DNA of 40,418 nucleotides from an uncultured Planctomycetia bacterium (GTDB lineage Bacteria; Omnitrophota; Gorgyraeia; 1-14-0-20-64-10), in the NCBI GenBank assembly GCA_964343105.1, contig CAYFHV010000002.1, forward strand, positions 1-40,418, read 5' to 3'. Position numbers and translations under genes: made by a program. The notes beneath the pieces are model-generated. The model had not been told where the DNA came from. It did no database searches and saw nothing but the letters and a program-made list of their open reading frames with translations. Positions within the stretch are counted from its first letter, which is position 1; each line of letters begins with the position of its first letter. Below, one piece after another: positions 27,085 through 33,521 of this stretch.

Positions 27085-27117
27085 ATGTTAGACATTATGT
27101 CTAACATATGTTATACT
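27085..27117 (+). promoter_or_regulatory. TA operon promoter with perfect palindromic operator
   Basis: ATGTTAGACAT-T-ATGTCTAACAT (27085-27107) is a perfect 11-bp inverted repeat. TTAGAC (27088-27093) is -35-like and TGtTATACT (27109-27117) is an extended -10. GGAGGTGG SD, then ATG 27137. Confidence 0.6.
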
Positions 27118-27136
27118 TTTCTGTGGAGGTGGAAAA

Positions 27137-27370
27137 ATGAAAGCAGTCAATATTCGTGAATTGACTCACCACTTCTCAAGTTATCTTAGAGTGGTGAAGC
27201 GGGGGGAGCGTATTGTAGTCATGGAAAGGAGTTCGCCGGTGGCGGACTTGGTTCCTCATAACGAGAATTTGACTTCACCCGGCTGGAAACGGCTAATTCA
27301 GAAAATCCGAGTAAAAGGAGATGAGGCACTTTCTGAAACAACAACCCGTTTGCGAGCCGAGGAGCAATGA
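27137..27370 (+). CDS. type II antitoxin, Phd/YefM (prevent-host-death) family
   Basis: 77 aa. MKAVNIRELTHHFSSYLRVVKRGERIVVMERSSPVADLVP is the canonical Phd/YefM N-terminal fold pattern. ATGA overlap with the toxin gene. Confidence 0.8.
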   Translation: MKAVNIRELTHHFSSYLRVVKRGERIVVMERSSPVADLVPHNENLTSPGWKRLIQKIRVKGDEALSETTTRLRAEEQ

Positions 27371-27780
27371 GGGCGTTCGTTGACACGTCCTCGCTCTTCA
27401 AAAAATACGTCGAGGAGGATGGCTCGAAGGAATTGGATTCGCTGCTTCGGGAAGTTTCAGAAATCGCCGTTTCACCTGTAACGTGGCTCGAGATGAGTGC
27501 GGTAATCGCCAGGAGGCTGCGCGAAAAAACTTTGACTTCGCAACAGGCTGCCTGGCTCAAATCAGAGGCGCATAAAGATTTTCAGAGTTTTCATCGAGTG
27601 ATTTGGAACGAAGCTCTAGAAAAAACAGCAGCAGATCTCGTTTATGAGCATCCGCTTTCGACGCTTGATGCGATTCAGTTGGCTTCAGGGCTTCTCTCGA
27701 AGGCCGATCTCTTTGTGACATCGGATCAGGGGCTATTTGAGGAAGCGAAGAAGAGCGTTCGCAAGGCCGTGTGCATATGA
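27367..27780 (+). CDS. vapC: type II toxin, PIN-domain ribonuclease VapC
   Basis: 137 aa. Acidic PIN residues lie in FVDTSSL, WLEMSAV, LDAIQLA and VTSDQ. Confidence 0.85.
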   Translation: MRAFVDTSSLFKKYVEEDGSKELDSLLREVSEIAVSPVTWLEMSAVIARRLREKTLTSQQAAWLKSEAHKDFQSFHRVIWNEALEKTAADLVYEHPLSTLDAIQLASGLLSKADLFVTSDQGLFEEAKKSVRKAVCI

Positions 27781-27971
27781 AAGAGGTCGATAGCTTGAGG
27801 GGTTTTGATAAGCATCTACACAAATTGCTGGGAGCGCATCCGGAAGCAGCTCTGGAACATGCCAAGCTGTTCGCGGAGCTTCCAATTTCGAGTCAACTCG
27901 CCATCATGCGCCGGCGACGGGAATTGTGTCAGCGCCAAAGCTCTTCGCAGCCATGTTCTCCTCGTTCCTGA
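27771..27971 (+). pseudogene. R2 repeat copy 1: truncated 5' portion of an HTH(XRE)-type antitoxin-like gene
   Basis: 27796-27913 aligns with 29520-29637 (97/118 identical, hand count). Encodes RGFDKHLHKLLGAHPEAALEHAKLFAELPISSQLAIMRR, then loses the frame before any HTH. Confidence 0.5.
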
Positions 27972-28071
27972 TGAGGAACTCAACCGCCTCACCACGGCGT
28001 AAGATGTGTCCCTAAATGAAGCGTCCCTACTATCCTCATGGGACCATTTAGCGTAGCGTTAAGAGGTCGAC

Positions 28072-28695
28072 ATGAAGAAGATTCTCGTTGAATGTATCGG
28101 CACGTTCTTCCTCGTTCTGGTCGTCGGGCTGACAGCCATTGCCCCCGGTGCCGGGGCGATGGCTCCGTTAGCGATTGGGGCCATCCTGATGGTCATGGTG
28201 TATGCCGGCGGCCACATCTCTGGAGGTCATTACAATCCGGCGGTGACGCTTGCCGTGTGGCTCCGGGGCAAGTGCGACGCGAAGGACGTCCCATTGTACA
28301 TGGGAGCGCAAGTGGTTGGAGCGGTTATCGCAGCGCTCCTGGTAGGGTTCTGTAAGCGCGGGAGCATTGTCACGGCCCTGCAGCCCGCCGCGTTGCCGGC
28401 GCTCCTGATTGAGTTTGTGTTTACGTTTGCCCTGGCGTACGTTGTCCTGAATGTGGCGACTGCTAAGGAGACGGCCGGCAACTCCTACTTCGGCTTGGCG
28501 ATTGGATTGACGGTCATGGCCGCCGCTTATGCAGGAGGGAACATTTCTGGCGGGGCGTTTAATCCGGCTGTTGCCATCGGCATTACCCTAATGGGACTCA
28601 GTACGGCTGGCAATCTTTGGGTCTTCCTGGTGGGCAACTTGGGCGGCGGGGCGCTCGCTGCGTTCATCTTCCGTCTGACGAATCCGAACGACTAG
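28072..28695 (+). CDS. aqpZ: aquaporin / MIP-family channel (short, 207 aa)
   Basis: Two NPA boxes (HISGGHYNPAVTLA and NISGGAFNPAVAIG) and six hydrophobic helices. Confidence 0.88.
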   Translation: MKKILVECIGTFFLVLVVGLTAIAPGAGAMAPLAIGAILMVMVYAGGHISGGHYNPAVTLAVWLRGKCDAKDVPLYMGAQVVGAVIAALLVGFCKRGSIVTALQPAALPALLIEFVFTFALAYVVLNVATAKETAGNSYFGLAIGLTVMAAAYAGGNISGGAFNPAVAIGITLMGLSTAGNLWVFLVGNLGGGALAAFIFRLTNPND

Positions 28696-28700
28696 CGGAC

Positions 28701-28724
28701 TTATCCTCATCTATGTGAGGATAA
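28701..28724 (+). terminator. perfect 9-bp stem hairpin after the aquaporin gene (no U-tract)
   Basis: TTATCCTCA-tctatg-TGAGGATAA begins 6 nt after the stop. It is followed by aaagc, not a T run. Confidence 0.3.
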
Positions 28725-28742
28725 AAGCAGTCATCATGTCCC

Positions 28743-28834
28743 ATGAGTAAAACCATTTTCGTCCACGCATACGGGTGGCCGATGGGAGCACTATAACACT
28801 ACTTTGGCGGGGTTCCTCCGCTACCTGAATCGGG
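28743..28834 (+). repeat. R1 repeat, copy C
   Basis: The core 28773-28834 is 58/62 identical to copy A. The 5' part is diverged at the nucleotide level but reads MSKTIFVHAYGWPMGAL-stop versus MKKLFVRTYGWPMGALL in copy A. Confidence 0.8.
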
Positions 28835-28894
28835 CTGGAACCACCGTGCGGTGATCCTCTGCGGTTTCGGGTGGGCCACGCGTTGGCCGCCAGA

Positions 28895-28903
28895 TGGTAT
28901 AAT
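28895..28903 (+). promoter_or_regulatory. extended -10 promoter element for the DUF433/DUF5615 pair
   Basis: TGgTATAAT at 28895-28903, about 25 nt upstream of ATG 28928, with AGGAAGGAGA SD in between. Confidence 0.4.
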
Positions 28904-28927
28904 TGGGACCAGGAAGGAGATAGGAAC

Positions 28928-29137
28928 ATGACCGATCGGATTGTTTCTGACGTGAATATCTGTGGGGGTGAGCCGTGCGTGAAGGGGACCCGAATCCCCG
29001 TCAAGGTGGTCTTGAGCCACCTGGCAGCCGGCGATACCATTGAGGATTTGCGCAAGGATTTTCCAAACCTCACCGAAACAGACATTCGCGCTTGCCTTGA
29101 GTACGCCTCCTACCTGGCAGCCGAACACGTGGCCTGA
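28928..29137 (+). CDS. DUF433-family putative antitoxin
   Basis: 69 aa. CGGEPCVKGTRIPVKVVLSHLAAGDTIEDLRKDFPNLTETDIRACLEYA is the DUF433 pattern. Strong SD. The ORF-track start 28871 lacks an SD. Confidence 0.8.
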   Translation: MTDRIVSDVNICGGEPCVKGTRIPVKVVLSHLAAGDTIEDLRKDFPNLTETDIRACLEYASYLAAEHVA

Positions 29138-29484
29138 TGCCGCGTGCCATCCTGGATGAGAACGTCAGCCTCCAGGTAGCAGCCCGCCTCGAAGCATTAG
29201 GGTACGAAGTCACCGCCATCTCCAAGCACCCTGAGCGCGGGATGCAGGACGAAACTGTCTTTGCCCTTGCCAAAGGGTGCCTCCTCGTGACCCGTGATGC
29301 CCACTTCACCAACCCCCTCCGATTTCCATCTGCTGAAACAGGCGGCATTTTGTTCATCACCCATGGGAATCTTCGTGGACGCGATGAAGCCGAACTTGTC
29401 GAAAGATTCTTAAGGGATCATCGGTCCGAGGATTTTGCTGGCCACCTTGCGTTTCTCTCCCCTGCCGGATTCAGGATTCGATGA
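29137..29484 (+). CDS. DUF5615 (Mut7-C/PIN-like) putative toxin
   Basis: 115 aa. MPRAILDENVSLQVAARLEALGYEV...LLVTRDAHF matches the DUF5615 partner of DUF433 proteins. Its ATG shares 1 nt with the upstream TGA. Confidence 0.75.
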   Translation: MPRAILDENVSLQVAARLEALGYEVTAISKHPERGMQDETVFALAKGCLLVTRDAHFTNPLRFPSAETGGILFITHGNLRGRDEAELVERFLRDHRSEDFAGHLAFLSPAGFRIR

Positions 29485-29518
29485 GAAAGGAATCGGGTGA
29501 TCGGAGATCAACCGCTTC

Positions 29519-29758
29519 ATGAGAGGATTTGATAAGCACCTGCATGAATTGCTCGTGAAGCATCCAGAAGCAGCTCTTGAACACGCTAAGCTGTTTGCGG
29601 AACTTCCAATCTCCACCCAACTCGCCATCATGCGCCGCCATCGGCCGGCTTTTGGGCCTGACGGTCGAAGCCGGGAAGAAGCAACCCTTCATGGGGGCTG
29701 GGGCATTGAGCAACCTGGCCTACTTCCATCGGGTGAAGCTCAGTTTCATGCTCGATGA
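29519..29758 (+). pseudogene. R2 repeat copy 2: truncated HTH-antitoxin-like 5' fragment
   Basis: Encodes MRGFDKHLHELLVKHPEAALEHAKLFAELPISTQLAIMRR, then unrelated sequence. Paralogous to 27796-27913. Confidence 0.5.
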
Positions 29759-29924
29759 CACGACCTTCCGGTTCACCACCTATATCGGATTCTCAACCGC
29801 GATGGACATCCCCAAGATCGGCCTACTGGGCCGGATCGGCTTCTTCGACCGTTTCCGCCAGGTCTCCTTCCACCCCAAAGAGCAGTTTGTGGAGTTGATT
29901 ACACTGAGTTCCAAGGAGAGGTAG
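29691..29924 (+). CDS. possible small ORF or C-terminal gene remnant (unknown family)
   Basis: Frame 3 ORF (track 29577..29924). From ATG 29691 it reads MGAGALSNLAYFHRVKLSF...IGLLGRIGFFDRFRQVSFHPKEQFVELI. Looks protein-like, but it has no SD and abuts the R2 fragment in another frame. Confidence 0.3.
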   Translation: MGAGALSNLAYFHRVKLSFMLDDTTFRFTTYIGFSTAMDIPKIGLLGRIGFFDRFRQVSFHPKEQFVELITLSSKER

Positions 29925-29938
29925 TCCTCTAGAGTTAG

Positions 29939-30595
29939 GTGTCAGACGTGTGTGATGAAGGAAGTATAGCCACTAAACCAGTTGCCACAGAACAACCGGC
30001 TCCAGTAAGTACCCAGACCAAAGCAGCACCAGACCCGACCCTTCCCCCCACGGCTGGCCGGAGACCGAGCGGTGTCTTCGAAAAGTTTGGGGGTCCCCTA
30101 TTGGCTGCCGCAATTACTTCTATAACAGTGGTTGTCGCACATAGCTGGATCGTCCCGACTGTGGCTCGCCATCAAAGACGAATTGACCGAATGTATCAGG
30201 CCATGTTCGATGCGGAGCAGTCCGTGCGCCTCTTGTATGGGTATGCATGGAACGTGTGGAACGAGAGACGCAGGGGGGCGGGCGCAACCAATGCCCCGCT
30301 AGAAGATTTTCAGGAAGCCGAAGCAAAGGCGGCGAGTTTGACACTCCAACTCGCTCTTATTTTCGGCGATGATATAGCTGCTGACTGGGAGAGAGTTGTT
30401 CGAGGTTATCACGACGTTGCGTATCCGATTACGCATCCTGGTGAATTTCCGGTCGAACCCACAAAGCCGGAGATGAACGAAAGGTTAAATCCGCTTTCAC
30501 AGCGAGCTGGCGACGTGACTAGAAGGATTCAAGCCGTGATACGGGAGACCGAGGGCAGGCCGTGGTGGAGAGTTTTGCTTTCTCACGAGCGATGA
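29939..30595 (+). CDS. hypothetical membrane-anchored protein (218 aa)
   Basis: Pro/Thr-rich N-terminus, a single TM (LLAAAITSITVVVAHSWIV), then a helical ~130-aa domain. GTG start uncertain. Confidence 0.5.
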   Translation: MSDVCDEGSIATKPVATEQPAPVSTQTKAAPDPTLPPTAGRRPSGVFEKFGGPLLAAAITSITVVVAHSWIVPTVARHQRRIDRMYQAMFDAEQSVRLLYGYAWNVWNERRRGAGATNAPLEDFQEAEAKAASLTLQLALIFGDDIAADWERVVRGYHDVAYPITHPGEFPVEPTKPEMNERLNPLSQRAGDVTRRIQAVIRETEGRPWWRVLLSHER

Positions 30596-30697
30596 AATTC
30601 CTCTACGTAACGACTTTTGGATGACCGTATGTGCCACTTACTCGGGATAGTGTTGAAGCTGCTAAAGAAACTGAACGGGTTGGAGGATAATTAAGCC

Positions 30698-31117
30698 GTG
30701 CTTCTCGGGCGTCCTATGGGCCTGGGTGAAAAGATATTCTATGGAGCGACGCTCGCTCTTGGAATGCTAGCATTGGGTTTTACTATCCGTGGAGGGTATT
30801 TTGCGTGGACCGCGTTCCTGCTTGGATCACCCATCATTGCCACGATCGTTGGTGCATACTTTTGGATCCGCTTGGATGTGTGGCGGTCTGAGAAAACGAT
30901 CGAGACGCTTTCCAGTGAGGACGAAGCTATTAAGAGAGACTTATTTTCTCGACGAGCTGATTGCCGAATGGCGTTCGCTTTGCTAGCACTGGCTGCAGCG
31001 GCTCAGATATATTTATTAGGCTCGATATCGGAGCGACTTCACGCCATGGTTTTGCTGTTGCTCCCCCCTTCAGTCATCAACTGCGTAGCTCGATCAATGG
31101 AAGAGATTCCGAAATAA
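30698..31117 (+). CDS. hypothetical integral membrane protein (139 aa)
   Basis: GGAGG at 30682-30686 lies 11 nt before GTG 30698. Three to four hydrophobic helices. Confidence 0.5.
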   Translation: MLLGRPMGLGEKIFYGATLALGMLALGFTIRGGYFAWTAFLLGSPIIATIVGAYFWIRLDVWRSEKTIETLSSEDEAIKRDLFSRRADCRMAFALLALAAAAQIYLLGSISERLHAMVLLLLPPSVINCVARSMEEIPK

Positions 31118-31148
31118 GAAGATGTACAGTGAGAGAGGGAGGGAAAGA

Positions 31149-31343
31149 ATGAAACTGAAGAAACGAGACAAGTTTATTATGGGGGGAATATTGCTCGTTG
31201 CGATTACGAAGTTACCAACCTTACAACAGCAAACATTTGATGTTTCAGGTTTGATTGGTTTGATAATCATGGGTGCGATCGTTGGTTTAATTGGCTATGT
31301 AATGTTCGGAAGAGAGAGGAAGAAGCGAGAGGACAAGAAATGA
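31149..31343 (+). CDS. hypothetical small membrane protein (64 aa)
   Basis: GAGGGAGGGAAAGA SD directly upstream of ATG 31149. Two hydrophobic helices and a Lys/Arg/Glu-rich C-terminal tail. Confidence 0.45.
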   Translation: MKLKKRDKFIMGGILLVAITKLPTLQQQTFDVSGLIGLIIMGAIVGLIGYVMFGRERKKREDKK

Positions 31344-31392
31344 TCTTACGCAGCAGGGCATCAGGAACCGACAGCCAGACATTTCTAGGGTA

Positions 31393-32703
31393 ATGAAGCG
31401 TCTCTACTTGGTTACCTACGGATGCCAGATGAATGTGCGGGATTCCGAGGAGGTGACCGGGCTTCTGCTGGAGCGGGGCTACAGGCTGACCGAGGCGGAG
31501 GGGGAGGCGGATGTGATCCTGTACAACACCTGCTCGGTGCGTAGCCACGCGGAGGACAAGGTCTGGTCGGAGCTGGGCCGGGTGCGGGCGATGAAGACGG
31601 CCCGGCCGGAGCTCATCATCGGGGTGATGGGCTGTATGGCCAAGGCCCAGCGGGGAGAGATCTTCCGCCGGATGCCGCACGTGGATTTCATCGCAGGGCC
31701 GGCGCAGCTCTACGAGGTGCCCGAACTCATCGAGTCGATCTACGAGGAGCGGCGGCCGATGATGGCGATTCAGGAGAAGGGGCGACGTGAGTTCCAGACC
31801 ATCTCCTTTCACACGGGCAAGGTGAGCGCCCTGGTCACCATCATGGAGGGGTGTGACAAGCTCTGCACCTACTGTGTCGTTCCGTACACGCGCGGGCCGG
31901 AGATCAGCCGGCCGCCGGAGCAGATCCTCGCGGAGGTGCGCGGGCTGGCGGCCGGGGGATACCGGGAGGTGATGCTGCTCGGGCAGAACGTGAACTCCTA
32001 CGGCAGGCGGCTTCCCGGCGAGCGGGGGAAGGCAACCCGCGCGGTCGGTTTTGCGGATCTTCTGGCTCAGGTGAACCAGGTGGAAGGGATCGAGCGGATC
32101 CGGTTCATCACCTCGCACCCGTGGGACGCGGCGGAGGAGCTATTCCGGGCGATGGGGGAGCTGGAGCATGTCTGCGAGCATCTGCATCTGCCGGTGCAGT
32201 CCGGTTCGGATGCGGTGCTCGAGAGGATGCGGCGGGGATACACCGCGGAGGAGTATCTGGAGAAGCTCAGGCTGCTGCGACGGACCGTGCCGGGAGTGGC
32301 GGTGACTACGGATCTCATCGTCGGATTCCCGGGGGAGACCGAGACCGATTTCGAGGCCACGGTCCGCCTGGCGCAAGAGGCGCAGTTCGATTCGGCTTTC
32401 GTCTTCTCCTATTCGCCCCGGCCGTTTGCCGCAGCTTCCCGGTGGCAGGACGATGTGCCTGCGGAGGTGAAGAGCCGGCGGCACCAGAGATTGCTGGCTC
32501 TGCAGGAGGAGATCTCGCGGCGGCGGGCGGAGGCCCTGATCGGGCAGGAGGTGGAGGTGCTGGTGGAATCGGAGGGGAGCGGGCGGAGCCGGACGAATCG
32601 GAAGGTCTACTTCTCGGCAGACTCTGCCGGTCCCGGCGATCTGGTGGAGGTGCGGGTGGGCGGGGTGCGTGGCCAGAGCCTTCTAGGAAATGTGGAATCC
32701 TAA
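31393..32703 (+). CDS. miaB: tRNA-2-methylthio-N6-dimethylallyladenosine synthase (radical SAM methylthiotransferase)
   Basis: LVTYGCQMNVRDSE (UPF0004 domain), radical-SAM GCDKLCTYCVVPYTRG, and a C-terminal TRAM domain. miaA is nearby. Confidence 0.9.
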   Translation: MKRLYLVTYGCQMNVRDSEEVTGLLLERGYRLTEAEGEADVILYNTCSVRSHAEDKVWSELGRVRAMKTARPELIIGVMGCMAKAQRGEIFRRMPHVDFIAGPAQLYEVPELIESIYEERRPMMAIQEKGRREFQTISFHTGKVSALVTIMEGCDKLCTYCVVPYTRGPEISRPPEQILAEVRGLAAGGYREVMLLGQNVNSYGRRLPGERGKATRAVGFADLLAQVNQVEGIERIRFITSHPWDAAEELFRAMGELEHVCEHLHLPVQSGSDAVLERMRRGYTAEEYLEKLRLLRRTVPGVAVTTDLIVGFPGETETDFEATVRLAQEAQFDSAFVFSYSPRPFAAASRWQDDVPAEVKSRRHQRLLALQEEISRRRAEALIGQEVEVLVESEGSGRSRTNRKVYFSADSAGPGDLVEVRVGGVRGQSLLGNVES

Positions 32704-33499
32704 GCGGTACGACGTACCTCAAGGGCCTCAGGTACGTCGTACCGAATTGGGTATCGTTGTTTTGGTTTTCATGGTCATGGCGTTGAGGGGCTCTCCGTCA
32801 TTTGCCGGTGAGGACCCGGGTTCTCTGCAGGCGGCCTTCTTGCGAGGGGAATACGAGACGGTGTTAACGGGCACGGCGCGCCAGCTTGGGGCGGGAGCGG
32901 AGCGGACGGATGAGATGCTGTACCTGCATGGCGTGTCGGCGCTGAAGCTCAGGGATTGGGAAACGGCCCGGGCCAGCTTGGGCCGATTGGTGCGGGAGTA
33001 TCCGGAGAGCTCCCTGGCCCCCCACGCCTGGCTGGCGATCGGGGACTCCTGGGCGGGATCCGGTGATCCGGAAAAGGCGGCGGAGGCCTATGCGCGCCTC
33101 GCCTCCGGGGACCGGGACACACCCCTGCTGCCGCAGGCCGTTTTCCGTCTGGGCAAGGCGCAGAGCGACCTGGGACAGTGGAGCCAGGCCCAGCGGTCGT
33201 TCGAGCGGGTGCTTAAGGAAGCGCCCGGCTCTGCGGAGGCCGCCTGGGCGCGGGAGATCCTCGATCGAGGGGATTTCTTCTTCACGGTGCAGGTCGGCGC
33301 CTTTGTGAGTCGTGCCAACGCCGTCAAGCTGGAGTCGGAGCTGCGGCGGCGGGGATACGAGCCGGAATTGAGCCAGACCTCCACGCAGGGCAAGGTTTTT
33401 CATCGGGTGCGGGTGGGTCGATTCGAGCGCCGGGAAGAGGCCCAGGCGCAGGCCGAGCAGCTCCGGAAGGAAGGTTTTCCTGCCAAGCTCTTCCCCTAG
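32690..33499 (+). CDS. secreted TPR/YbgF-like protein with C-terminal SPOR domain
   Basis: Signal-like N-terminus (GIVVLVFMVMALRGSPSFA), TPR-like repeats, and C-terminal FFTVQVGAFVSRANA...FHRVRVGRFERREEAQAQAEQLRKEGF, which is the SPOR pattern. TTG 32747 is an alternative start downstream of the hairpin. Confidence 0.75.
   Translation: MWNPKRYDVPQGPQVRRTELGIVVLVFMVMALRGSPSFAGEDPGSLQAAFLRGEYETVLTGTARQLGAGAERTDEMLYLHGVSALKLRDWETARASLGRLVREYPESSLAPHAWLAIGDSWAGSGDPEKAAEAYARLASGDRDTPLLPQAVFRLGKAQSDLGQWSQAQRSFERVLKEAPGSAEAAWAREILDRGDFFFTVQVGAFVSRANAVKLESELRRRGYEPELSQTSTQGKVFHRVRVGRFERREEAQAQAEQLRKEGFPAKLFP
32705..32744 (+). promoter_or_regulatory. perfect 15-bp inverted repeat (hairpin, 10-nt loop) immediately after the miaB stop
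   Basis: CGGTACGACGTACCT (32705-32719) and AGGTACGTCGTACCG (32730-32744) are exact reverse complements. A T-rich stretch (gttgttttggtttt) follows within about 15 nt. Confidence 0.5.
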
Positions 33500-33521
33500 C
33501 ACCACAGAGCTGCTGGCGATT

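Noticed and set aside
27085-27107. An integron attC-like signal: GTTAGAC (fits GTTRRRY) and GTCTAAC (fits RYYYAAC) in the island. This raised the idea that the R1/R2-framed units are integron cassettes.
   Set aside because: The two heptamers are only 3 nt apart and in the wrong order for an attC (R'' ... R' separated by tens of nt). No intI or attI is present in the window. The site sits exactly on a TA promoter, so an operator is the simpler reading.
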